Positions 17,698 through 26,669 of a stretch of DNA of 64,000 nt are shown here, one piece after another. Under the pieces are notes generated by a model, which made no database searches, was not told the origin of the DNA, and saw only the letters and a list, made by a program, of their open reading frames with translations. The translations under genes and the position numbers were made by a program. Origin of the DNA: an uncultured bacterium (GTDB taxonomy: Bacteria; Patescibacteriota; Minisyncoccia; Phycocordibacterales; Phycocordibacteraceae); contig CAWKPH010000002.1 of assembly GCA_963851445.1 (NCBI GenBank), forward strand, positions 25,716 through 89,715, read 5' to 3'. Position 1 is the first letter of the stretch; each line of letters begins with the position of its first letter.

Positions 17698-19008
17698 GTG
17701 TCCTATTCTTTTCCCAAGGCAATACTCCATTTCGACGGCGATTCGTTCTTTGCTTCAATCGAGCAGGTTATGGATCATCGTTTGCGTGGCAAGGTTGTTA
17801 TCACCGGCGGCGAACGTGGCGCGGTGACATCGGTATCTGTCGAAGGGAAAAGGCTTGGCCTCGGGCGAGGCATGAGTTTGAAGGAGATAAAAATCCGCCG
17901 CCCCGAGGCGATTGTAGTCCCGTCAGATTATAGGTCTTACAGTATCTATGCCCAGCGTATGTATTCTATCGTCCGTACGTATACGCCTAGTGTTGAGGAA
18001 TATAGCATTGACGAATGCTTCGCGGACATCACTACTCTAGATCAAAGACTCGGTACCTCATACGAGGATCTTTCGCGCAAAATAAAAGAAGATCTTGAAA
18101 CATCACTGGGTATCACCTTCGGAGTTGGACTCGCGCCTACCAAAACACTTGCAAAAATCGCTTCAAAAGCAAATAAACCTGCTGGATTTACGAGCATAAG
18201 CAACTCCGAACAACTCCAGTATTTCCTTCAAAAGACCCCTATACATTTCGTGTGGGGGCTAGGAGGAGTCTCAGGCGTCAAACTTATGAAACTCGGTGTC
18301 GATAACGCATGGTTGTTTACGCAAAAGGATGAAACCTGGCTTTCGATGCACCGCCTAGGGAAAGCATATCGAGATATTTGGCTCGAACTTCGAGGTGAGT
18401 CGATCAAGTTTCTTGAAAATAAGACATTCGATGATGTTGGTTCGCTCATGCGCACACGTACCTTCACCCCGCCCTCAAAAAATCGTGAATTCATATTTTC
18501 TGAGCTATCGAAGAATGTCGAAGAGGTGTGCGAAAATGCACGGCGTCATGAGGTTAAGGCGCGTGCCATAAGTTTCTACTTAAAGACACAGGAATTTACC
18601 TACCACAGTGTTTCACTAAAACTCACTATTCCCGTTGCAAGTCCTACCGAGATTCTAAAGCATGTGCAGGAACATTTCGACGAAGTGTTTGCGCAGGGGA
18701 TTCTATACCGCGCAAGCGGCATTACACTCCATGCGCTTATAGCAGACCAAGCTCGCACACCAGATCTCTTTGGACAGATAGAGGCGCTTGAGAAGCGAGC
18801 ACGTTTCATCAAGGTTTTTGATGCAATAAATCATAAGTATGGACGCCACACGCTTGCACTCGCTTCAAGCCTCCATGCACTCAAGTATCGAGAAACGAAA
18901 TCGCGGGGTAGAAAACCAGATGGACTTTCTCCGCGCAGTTGTCTTGCACTTTCTATCGATCAGAAGCATAGAGCACTTCAGATACCCTACCTCGGAATCG
19001 CGAAATAA
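17698..19008 (+). CDS. dinB: Y-family DNA polymerase (DinB/Pol IV-like)
   Basis: 'ILHFDGDSFFASIEQ' is the Y-family N-terminal catalytic motif. The gene sits directly downstream of lexA. The ORF track starts at TTG 17644, overlapping lexA. GTG 17698 is the first in-frame start after the lexA stop, so the start is uncertain. Confidence 0.8.
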   Translation: MSYSFPKAILHFDGDSFFASIEQVMDHRLRGKVVITGGERGAVTSVSVEGKRLGLGRGMSLKEIKIRRPEAIVVPSDYRSYSIYAQRMYSIVRTYTPSVEEYSIDECFADITTLDQRLGTSYEDLSRKIKEDLETSLGITFGVGLAPTKTLAKIASKANKPAGFTSISNSEQLQYFLQKTPIHFVWGLGGVSGVKLMKLGVDNAWLFTQKDETWLSMHRLGKAYRDIWLELRGESIKFLENKTFDDVGSLMRTRTFTPPSKNREFIFSELSKNVEEVCENARRHEVKARAISFYLKTQEFTYHSVSLKLTIPVASPTEILKHVQEHFDEVFAQGILYRASGITLHALIADQARTPDLFGQIEALEKRARFIKVFDAINHKYGRHTLALASSLHALKYRETKSRGRKPDGLSPRSCLALSIDQKHRALQIPYLGIAK

Positions 19009-19090
19009 GGGTCTAGAAAGATCGTGACTATATCTTTACGCAATTCGGTGTACAATGACCCTACTACTACGTGCTCTAATGAAAATGCTT

Positions 19091-19327
19091 ATGAAAACAA
19101 TGACTTGTAACGATATGGGGGGTTCTTGTGATGTCGCTCTTTCGGGGGACACTCCTGAGGAAATGATCGCAAACGCTACGAAGCACGTCGAAGAAGCACA
19201 TCCAGAAATGGCAGCCAATATTAAAAACATGACTGCTGAGGAGACGGCGACTTGGAGGACTGATTTTCAAACAAAATGGGATGCAATTCCAGAAACAGCT
19301 GAGACGACCGTAGAAGAAGCGATGTAA
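19091..19327 (+). CDS. DUF1059-family small protein
   Basis: 'MKTMTCNDMGGSCDVALSGDTPEEMIANATKH' matches the DUF1059 N-terminus. Internal Met chosen over the ORF-track start at 19055. Confidence 0.5.
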   Translation: MKTMTCNDMGGSCDVALSGDTPEEMIANATKHVEEAHPEMAANIKNMTAEETATWRTDFQTKWDAIPETAETTVEEAM

Positions 19328-19349
19328 TTAATAAAAAACCACGAAAAGA

Positions 19350-19378
19350 AAAAGCGCCGCAAGGCGTTTTTTCTTTGG
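19350..19378 (+). terminator. rho-independent terminator
   Basis: AAAAGCGCC-GCAA-GGCGTTTTTTCTTT. Confidence 0.5.
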
Positions 19379-19438
19379 ACTCTTTACGACTTATGCTACC
19401 AGTACTATAGTAAAGCTGTTGGTAATCCATTCTCGCTT

Positions 19439-20353
19439 ATGAAACTCTCTCCTGTAATAGCTGTACTCATCGTCATTTTTGTACTTTTCATAGCAGGGCT
19501 TTTCTACTTTGTATTCACACCCAAGGCAGCCGCACCGACAGTTGCGACGAGTACGCCACCTGCGCTGCAAAATAGCATCACGTACTCGTGTGACGCAGGA
19601 ACCGTTAAAGCTTCGTATGAGAATAATTCAGTCATGATTCAACTCTCTGATGGACGTGCATTCACGCTCCCACAAACTCAATCGGGTTCAGGCATACGTT
19701 ACGAATCAAGCAGTACGCCCGATGATATTGTTTTTTGGAGCGAGGGAAACAATGCCTTTATCACGGAAAACGGTACAACCACCTATAGCAATTGTGTCGC
19801 GAATACCGGAACAACAAATTCAAGCACCGCTTCAAGCACCAGTACATTTACTGATCAAGGTAAGACGTTCAGTTTCGTCTACCCGACCCAATTCATCGTT
19901 TCTGGAAATGGCGTCGGGTATTCGACCGACTGGATGCTAAACACGCAGACCTCGGGCATCGTGCTAGCAAAGCTCACGATCCCAAGCTCTTTTCAATCGG
20001 AGACTAATTTTGTTGGTGCAACTCTTACCGTTGGCACAAGTGCAGATCCAACTGCGCTATTACAATGCAAAACTTCTGCAGGAAGCGGTGGGCCAGCTCC
20101 GGAGAAAAGTACTGTCATAATTAACGGTATTATCTTTACGAAATTCGTTTCTACAGATGCAGCTGCAGGTAATGAGTATATGACCACGAGCTATCGTACG
20201 ATTCGAAATAACCAATGCTACGCGCTCGAATATACTATTCATTCAGCGAATATCGAAAATTACCCACCAGGATCAGGGATTAAGACCTTTAACCAGATCC
20301 AAGTACAGAGCACACTCGAGAATATCGTACAAAGCTTCAGATTCTTACCATAG
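19439..20353 (+). CDS. membrane-anchored protein with an N-terminal MliC-like (lysozyme-inhibitor fold) domain and a C-terminal domain shared with 23823–24518
   Basis: TM anchor, then 'ITYSCDAGTVKASYENNSVMIQLSDGRAFTLPQTQSGSGIRYES…VFWSEGNNAFITENGTTTYSNC', the MliC pattern (Y.C…SASG.RY…W.KG..A…C). The C-terminal 'FSFVYPTQF…QCYALEYTIHSANIENY…IVQSFRFLP' is paralogous to 23823–24518. Confidence 0.55.
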   Translation: MKLSPVIAVLIVIFVLFIAGLFYFVFTPKAAAPTVATSTPPALQNSITYSCDAGTVKASYENNSVMIQLSDGRAFTLPQTQSGSGIRYESSSTPDDIVFWSEGNNAFITENGTTTYSNCVANTGTTNSSTASSTSTFTDQGKTFSFVYPTQFIVSGNGVGYSTDWMLNTQTSGIVLAKLTIPSSFQSETNFVGATLTVGTSADPTALLQCKTSAGSGGPAPEKSTVIINGIIFTKFVSTDAAAGNEYMTTSYRTIRNNQCYALEYTIHSANIENYPPGSGIKTFNQIQVQSTLENIVQSFRFLP

Positions 20354-20444
20354 GCCGTTTATTGAAGGGTTACCATCTGCTAGAGTGAATGAATAGAGGG
20401 CATAGGGACTACGTAAGAAGTAGCTCTCTTTACCGTCTGTATAT

Positions 20445-20972
20445 ATGGACCAGGATACTTCCCAAGCTCAATTCCTCCAGATTTATGACCTGTATGTACA
20501 GGATATATTCCGGTTCTGCGTTTTCAAGGTGAGTAGTCGCGAATTGGCGGAGGATCTGACTCAGGAGGTATTCACCCGGTATTGGCAAAGTATTCGTGCT
20601 GGTACCACTATCGTGAATGATCGCGCATTTCTTTATACGCTTGCGCGAAATCTCATCATCGATTGGTACCGTAAAAAAAAGGATTTGTCGCTTGAGGTCC
20701 TTACCGATGCTGGGTTTGAATTCCAGAGCAAGGACCATCAATCGATTACCATGAGTGCAGAGGTAAATGAAATACTACGGGTCGTGAACATTCTTGATGA
20801 GCATTCGCGCGAAGTCATGCTTCTACGCTTTGTTGAGGGATTTTCGCCAAGTGATATTGCCAAGATACGCGGAGAGACAGCGAATACTGTCTCAGTCCGT
20901 ATCAATCGGGCGATCAAAAAAGTTCAAGAACATATTCACGTTCAGGGCGATGGAAAGAAAGAAATATACTAG
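20445..20972 (+). CDS. ECF-type RNA polymerase sigma factor (sigma-70 region 2 and region 4)
   Basis: 'LAEDLTQEVFTRYWQSI…LARNLIIDWYRKK' is region 2; 'LLRFVEGFSPSDIAKIRGETANTVSVRINRAIKKV' is the region 4 HTH. Confidence 0.8.
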   Translation: MDQDTSQAQFLQIYDLYVQDIFRFCVFKVSSRELAEDLTQEVFTRYWQSIRAGTTIVNDRAFLYTLARNLIIDWYRKKKDLSLEVLTDAGFEFQSKDHQSITMSAEVNEILRVVNILDEHSREVMLLRFVEGFSPSDIAKIRGETANTVSVRINRAIKKVQEHIHVQGDGKKEIY

Positions 20973-20974
20973 CA

Positions 20975-22027
20975 ATGAAAAAAGAAGAAAAAATAATTAA
21001 AGATTTTATACAACCGCTCAGGAGCATCATTCTCAGCGATAAAAAAGCGCACGACATGCGTGAGCGTTTAATTGCATATACTGATCTGCATGCAATGCCT
21101 GCTTTAGGAATTAATAAAAAACCTCAACGCCCTGTTTTGCGCACTTCTTTCTCATTTTCGTACTCGCGCGTGGTTGCAGTTGCACTTGCGGTAGTCGTGC
21201 TGCTCGTAGGCGGAACTGGTATTACATTTGCTGCAGAGAATTCAGTTCCCGGCGATCCACTGTATGTCGTAAAAGTTAGTGTTGCAGAACCTATCCAGGG
21301 TGCATTTATTGGAGGTACCGAGAACAAAGCGAAATGGGAAAATACTCTTGCAGATCGTCGTTTGACAGAGGCTTCGACACTTGCCGTACAAAATAAATTA
21401 ACGCCCCAAACAAGTTCATACCTAGAGCAGCAAGTTGCTACTGATGTTGCTCAGTCTAATAATTATGCTGCAAAACTTGAAGCCTCGGGCAATACCTACG
21501 GAGCACTCGCTGTGCGCTCTGATCTCGATGCACGCCTCTCTGCCCATGAAGCAATACTCGCGCTTATTACACCACAAGCTGCTCCTGGTGGTGATGCGAC
21601 TACGACGCTTGCGGTCGTGAATTTTCTTGGACACGTAAACTCAATTGATACAAAGGTCGCGCAGGAAGAGATTGCAACTGAATTGACTCTTACTAATCCC
21701 AGTGCCGCTGCAACTCCTTCGTCCACGCCTAGTCCCACAACCTCTTCTTCAGATTCCTCAAATACCGCAATCGCGTATGTTGATGCACAAAACACTGCCA
21801 AACAGCACGAAGAGCGCGCAATCTTCAGTGCCCAGGCGAAATTGTTTGGCGTCCTACTAAGCACATCTACGACTGCTTCAACAAGTCCTCTGAATATATT
21901 TCCCATTACAACTGCCTCGACGACACCACCAGAAGGAAATGAATTTTCAAGCTCCACAGAGTACCATTTACGTTGGCATGCTCAGTTGCCGATTGCTATC
22001 CCCATCATGCAAGTCCCAGGCAACTAG
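20975..22027 (+). CDS. putative anti-sigma factor / membrane protein (DUF5667-like)
   Basis: Start overlaps the sigma-factor stop. Single TM segment (VVAVALAVVVLLVGG) followed by 'PGDPLYVVKVSVAEPIQ', typical of DUF5667 anti-sigma proteins. Ser/Thr/Ala-rich C-terminus. Confidence 0.5.
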   Translation: MKKEEKIIKDFIQPLRSIILSDKKAHDMRERLIAYTDLHAMPALGINKKPQRPVLRTSFSFSYSRVVAVALAVVVLLVGGTGITFAAENSVPGDPLYVVKVSVAEPIQGAFIGGTENKAKWENTLADRRLTEASTLAVQNKLTPQTSSYLEQQVATDVAQSNNYAAKLEASGNTYGALAVRSDLDARLSAHEAILALITPQAAPGGDATTTLAVVNFLGHVNSIDTKVAQEEIATELTLTNPSAAATPSSTPSPTTSSSDSSNTAIAYVDAQNTAKQHEERAIFSAQAKLFGVLLSTSTTASTSPLNIFPITTASTTPPEGNEFSSSTEYHLRWHAQLPIAIPIMQVPGN

Positions 22028-22077
22028 GTAGTCGCTTTGAAGAGGCAAATTCCTAAGTTCACTGCTAAAATAGGAAA

Positions 22078-23802
22078 ATGACTCAGGATAGAGCGCTTTC
22101 TATACTCACCACCGGAGCAAACGTATTTCTCACCGGAGCTCCGGGCAGTGGTAAAACACATGTCTTACGGCAATACATCGAGTGGCTACGGCTTCACGAG
22201 ATTGAGCCCGCGGTCACTGCATCTACGGGCGTAGCGGCAACACATATTCATGGTGTGACTATCCACGCATGGAGTGGTATTGGCATTTCAGCACAACTCT
22301 CACCATACGAGCTTGATCGCATTATGAGCAAGGAGCCTGTGGTAAAGAAAATCCAGAATACACAGGTATTGGTTATTGACGAAATATCGATGCTTTCAGG
22401 TACTATTCTGGACGCGGTAGATTTGATCTGTAAAGGCGTACGCGCTAGTGAGCTTCCATTTGGAGGTATGCAGGTCGTCCTCGTCGGAGATTTTTTCCAA
22501 TTGCCTCCCGTGGCTCCAAAGGGAACCCGAGTTCCCTTTGCGTTTGAGTCATCCATATGGCAAACACTCAATCCGATAATTTGCTATCTGAGCGAGCAAC
22601 ATCGTCAGGAAGACTCATCCTTTTTACGTCTACTCAATTCCATTCGTGCTGGCTCATTTGCCGAGGACGAAGGGGAGTTGCTGCAGGATCGTTATGCAAA
22701 AGCCGATTCGCTTTCGGACAAAATACCTCGACTGTATACGCATAATGCTGATGTAGATCGCATTAACAATGCACAACTAGAAGCTCTTGCTGGAAACACC
22801 CACACCTTTGAGATGGAGTCGAGCGGTAAGGAAAGTCTTGTAGAGTCACTTAAACGTGGCTGTCTTTCTCCTGAGCATCTGGTTCTTAAAGAAAATTCAG
22901 TTGTAATGTGCACAAAGAACAATGCTGCGTTCGGTTATGCCAACGGTACCCTCGGCAGAGTTGTCGGATTTGATACGGATACTGGGTATCCAGTCATTGA
23001 AACAATTGATGAGCGCACCCTAACGCTCGCACCAGTTGAATGGGTCGTCGAAGAAGAAGGCAAAATACGTGCCAAAATTATTCAAATACCACTGCGGCTC
23101 GCGTGGGCTATAACCGTTCATAAAAGCCAAGGCATGAGTATGGATGCAGCAGCAATGGATCTCTCTCGCGCATTTGAATACGGGCAAGGGTATGTGGCAC
23201 TTTCTCGGGTACGTACACTTGAGGGGCTATACCTCCTTGGGTGGAGCCTGCAAGCACTTGCCGTACACCCTCTGGTTGATCGGCTTGACCGCGAATTACA
23301 AGGTGCCTCTGAAGCTGCGATTGATCTTTTTACTGTACTTGATGAATCAGGTGAGCGTCTTTCCATGGAACATGCGTTTATAAAAGCTTCAGGCGGAACA
23401 ATCAAAGTTCAGAAAGAAAATCCAAGCAATGCTCTAGATGTAACAACCGGAAAGCGAAATAAAAAATCAGGACGCATCGGTTCAAAACGAAATACATACG
23501 AGGAAACTCTCCAACTTATTCAAGAGGGAAAGAGCATACAGGAAATTGCCAGTGTGCGTGAACTCGCATTTGGTACCATTTGCGAACACCTTGAGAAACT
23601 TGCGGCTTCCGATCGTCTTGACCGCACGAAAATAGATAGCTTACTGCCATCAGCGCTGCGTTCCAATATTTCTAACATTGAAGCTGCCTTCAACACCTAC
23701 GGTCTTGAGCGTCTTACGCCAGTATTTTCGCATTTTGAGGGACTATATTCATACGACGATCTTAAACTTGCGCGTGCATACATGCATAGCGTTCTTTCTT
23801 AG
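22078..23802 (+). CDS. Pif1/RecD-family ATP-dependent DNA helicase with a C-terminal HTH domain
   Basis: Walker A 'LTGAPGSGKTHVL', Walker B 'VLVIDEISML', 'ITVHKSQGMS' (UvrD_C_2-like), and C-terminal 'LIQEGKSIQEIASVRELAFGTICEHLEKL' (HTH_40-like). Confidence 0.75.
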   Translation: MTQDRALSILTTGANVFLTGAPGSGKTHVLRQYIEWLRLHEIEPAVTASTGVAATHIHGVTIHAWSGIGISAQLSPYELDRIMSKEPVVKKIQNTQVLVIDEISMLSGTILDAVDLICKGVRASELPFGGMQVVLVGDFFQLPPVAPKGTRVPFAFESSIWQTLNPIICYLSEQHRQEDSSFLRLLNSIRAGSFAEDEGELLQDRYAKADSLSDKIPRLYTHNADVDRINNAQLEALAGNTHTFEMESSGKESLVESLKRGCLSPEHLVLKENSVVMCTKNNAAFGYANGTLGRVVGFDTDTGYPVIETIDERTLTLAPVEWVVEEEGKIRAKIIQIPLRLAWAITVHKSQGMSMDAAAMDLSRAFEYGQGYVALSRVRTLEGLYLLGWSLQALAVHPLVDRLDRELQGASEAAIDLFTVLDESGERLSMEHAFIKASGGTIKVQKENPSNALDVTTGKRNKKSGRIGSKRNTYEETLQLIQEGKSIQEIASVRELAFGTICEHLEKLAASDRLDRTKIDSLLPSALRSNISNIEAAFNTYGLERLTPVFSHFEGLYSYDDLKLARAYMHSVLS

Positions 23803-23822
23803 AAATCTATATACCATCGAAT

Positions 23823-24518
23823 ATGAGAAGCTCAGCATTTTATGCAGTAATTGGGGTGGGTGTGATACTCGTCGCAGTCATCTTGTGGTGGACTTACCAT
23901 GTTCATCAAAGCGTCATGCCTCAATCAAGCAGGACCTCGACCTTAGCGACAACCTTAGAAGCATCAACTACCGCATCTCTCACAGGTCTCTCAATTTACA
24001 CTAATGGCCAATATGGTTTTATCGTGGTGTATCCGGGAACTGACATCGTGGAGAAAACATTCGATACGGCATATCACCTTCCGGGAACCTGGAGTGTAGA
24101 TGCACTTCCAAATGCAAGTGGCACACCCATTGTCGCCTTTGTAGGCTATCAAACGAGTAGCAGCACTACGTATCCGGAGTATTTTGAAGCGGAAGTGCGC
24201 ATTGGCGCAAGTTCTGATCCCAAAGAAGTATCTATATGCGAAAAACCTCACAATACTGAGACAGAGAACTCTGACGTGAGGATAAACGGTACTGCCTGGA
24301 AGGCATTTTCATTCGAAAACTCTAACGCAGCGCAGTATGTCAAAGGTATAAGTTACCGAACCGTGCATGATGCTGAATGTATTGCTCTCGAGCAGGTCGA
24401 AAGTGGATCGAACAATCAGGGCGCTCCAAATTCAATGGACATTCCTAATTCTGTGCTTGAGCAACACTATGCGAGCCTTGATCAAATCGTTAAAACCTTC
24501 TCTTTTGCTCGTCCGTAA
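23823..24518 (+). CDS. membrane-anchored secreted protein, paralogous to the C-terminal domain of 19439–20353
   Basis: TM anchor plus shared motifs ('YGFIVVYPGTD', 'ECIALEQVESGSNNQG', 'IVKTFSFARP'). Confidence 0.45.
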   Translation: MRSSAFYAVIGVGVILVAVILWWTYHVHQSVMPQSSRTSTLATTLEASTTASLTGLSIYTNGQYGFIVVYPGTDIVEKTFDTAYHLPGTWSVDALPNASGTPIVAFVGYQTSSSTTYPEYFEAEVRIGASSDPKEVSICEKPHNTETENSDVRINGTAWKAFSFENSNAAQYVKGISYRTVHDAECIALEQVESGSNNQGAPNSMDIPNSVLEQHYASLDQIVKTFSFARP

Positions 24519-24563
24519 GATCCTTAATCAATTACGGTATTCAGTGTATAGTAATGATATTCT

Positions 24564-25082
24564 ATGGCTAATACTCAATTCTCGCAGGATCGCGGTCACT
24601 CGATCCTGGTCCGCAATGTCATTTTTGGTGTCGAGGACAGCCTTGTCTCTACGGTAGGTCTTCTCGCGGGCATGGCAACGGGCAATATTGAGACCTCGAA
24701 AATTCTCGCTATCGGCGTAATTTTTCTTTGCGTCGAAGGGTTTTCGATGGCAGCGGGGAGTTATCTTTCTGAACACTCAACCCAGGAATATGAAACTGGC
24801 GAAAAAGTGGAGAATAATGATCCCATACGAGGGGCCGTTACGATGTTCGTTTCATTCATAATTGCCGGATTCATTCCGATCGCACCATATCTTTTTCTTC
24901 CTCTACACGCTGGACTTATTACCTCCGTGATCGTCTCACTTATATTCCTTGGTGTACTCGGCTATGTTCTCGCAAAAATTTCTCATGTTTCCAAAATTGC
25001 CAACGTCGTTCGTATGGTGATCGTCGGTGGCATCGCTATTGTGCTTGGTATCGTTGTCGGTATATTATTCGGCGTTTCGTAA
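24564..25082 (+). CDS. VIT1/CCC1-family (iron/manganese transporter-like) membrane protein, short form
   Basis: 'GVEDSLVSTVGLLAGMATG' and the following TM helices resemble the VIT family. Confidence 0.6.
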   Translation: MANTQFSQDRGHSILVRNVIFGVEDSLVSTVGLLAGMATGNIETSKILAIGVIFLCVEGFSMAAGSYLSEHSTQEYETGEKVENNDPIRGAVTMFVSFIIAGFIPIAPYLFLPLHAGLITSVIVSLIFLGVLGYVLAKISHVSKIANVVRMVIVGGIAIVLGIVVGILFGVS

Positions 25083-25098
25083 ATCATACATAAATACT

Positions 25099-25440
25099 AT
25101 GAGCATCATCCACTGGTTAGTTCTCACTATCGCGATTGTGATCGCCGCATATCTTGTTCCAGGTGTTCACGTGACCATCATTGGTGCCCTTGTTCTTGCA
25201 GTCGTTCTTGCGCTTGTGAATGTCTTCATAAAGCCAATCATCTTCGTACTTACACTTCCGATCAATATCATTACGCTGGGTATCTCATGGCTTGTCATAA
25301 ACGCACTCATTATCATGCTCCTTGCTCTTTTTGTGCCTGGTTTTGGCGTCACCGGATTCTGGCCAGCGTTCTTCTTTGCAATTTTGCTCTCGCTCATCAA
25401 CGCACTCTTTCATCTAGGGATGCCCAAGCACGCCTCATAA
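25099..25440 (+). CDS. DUF360 / YvlD-like (phage_holin_4_2-type) 4-TM membrane protein
   Basis: 114 aa, four TM helices, 'LVLAVVLALVNVFIKPIIFVLTLPINIITLGISWLVINALII'. Internal Met 25099 chosen because 25027 overlaps the upstream gene. Confidence 0.55.
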   Translation: MSIIHWLVLTIAIVIAAYLVPGVHVTIIGALVLAVVLALVNVFIKPIIFVLTLPINIITLGISWLVINALIIMLLALFVPGFGVTGFWPAFFFAILLSLINALFHLGMPKHAS

Positions 25441-25533
25441 GGCTTTCGGACACCAGGCCTCTTATGCTATAGTCGCGCAAGAACTGGTCTTTGAAAGGCC
25501 AGACAACTTGTTCGCCTTAATGGGAGAGTAGAC

Positions 25534-26550
25534 ATGGAACTCACAAAGGTTGAGAGACTCATCCGACTGGTCAGACGCAACCTCCCCCACCTACATTCGG
25601 GGAAAGTTCGCGAATCGTTTCAACTGCCAAGCGTTGGGAACACCCGTATGCGTTTGGTTATCGTGACCGACCGGCGAAGCATTTTCGACTTCAAGCTCGG
25701 GTTTGTCGTGCCAGGTGTTGGCATGGTGCTCAACGCTACGAATATCTACTACCGGTCATTGCTCGACAATGCGGGGATCAAGCACGACCTCATTGCCTCT
25801 GGCGTTGCGATCGACGAACATCTTAAGTCCTCACCAAAGCTTTGCGGAATTCCAGAGCTTTGGAAACGGGCTATTGTCGTGCGTGAACTCGAGATGATCC
25901 CGGTAGAATGCATCGCTCGAAATTATCTTACCGGTAGCGGCTGGGAGCAGTACGAGGAGCACAATGGGATCGTCTGCGGTCACCAGTTGCCCCCAGGTCT
26001 TCTCAACGGATCAAAGCTTCCCGAGTTTATTTGTACGCCCTCAACCAAGGCCCTGGTGGGGCATGATATGCCCATACCTATTCAGGATTTTCGCGTAGAT
26101 TACCCGGCGTACCTTGAGGAAAAGACTCTCGAGGTTATGGGTCTAGTTCGCGACGACGTACAACACCTCGGCACGTTCATCTGCGCCGATGGAAAGGCCG
26201 AAGGTGGCATCGATCCAGAGTCTGGAGAATTCAGGTGGGGGGACGAGATAGGCACTCCCGATGCCTGCCGAGTTTGGAATACCGCTGAGTACAGGGAGGC
26301 CTGGCCTGCGAAGCTTCCATCGCCCTACGATAAGGAGCTTATACGGAATTGGGGCCGAGAATTGGGCGTACACAAACTCGATCCAAAGAGCCCGAAGGAT
26401 CAAAGGTATGTGAGGGCTTTACGCCCATCCGAGGACCAGATCTACCCCATGGGTCTTCGCTATCTCAATTATTTCTTCCGTACGAAGCACATGACTCTCG
26501 TAGAATATCAAAACGAGCGTATGGGCATTCCGAGAGAAATGTGCGGGTGA
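25534..26550 (+). CDS. purC: SAICAR synthetase-family protein (PurC-like, long form)
   Basis: 'SGKVRESFQL…RLVIVTDRRSIFDF' matches the SAICAR synthetase N-terminal ATP-grasp-like signature (GKVRD…TDR.SAFD). No other pur genes are in this window. Confidence 0.55.
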   Translation: MELTKVERLIRLVRRNLPHLHSGKVRESFQLPSVGNTRMRLVIVTDRRSIFDFKLGFVVPGVGMVLNATNIYYRSLLDNAGIKHDLIASGVAIDEHLKSSPKLCGIPELWKRAIVVRELEMIPVECIARNYLTGSGWEQYEEHNGIVCGHQLPPGLLNGSKLPEFICTPSTKALVGHDMPIPIQDFRVDYPAYLEEKTLEVMGLVRDDVQHLGTFICADGKAEGGIDPESGEFRWGDEIGTPDACRVWNTAEYREAWPAKLPSPYDKELIRNWGRELGVHKLDPKSPKDQRYVRALRPSEDQIYPMGLRYLNYFFRTKHMTLVEYQNERMGIPREMCG

Positions 26551-26669
26551 AATTCGTTCAAGCGGCTTCTTCGGAAGCCGTTTTTCTTAATCTTTTTAGC
26601 CCCACTCCTCTCTGTAATTATCCTCACGTGCCTACTAAAAATAGCCATTATTGACGTATAATTAAAGGT

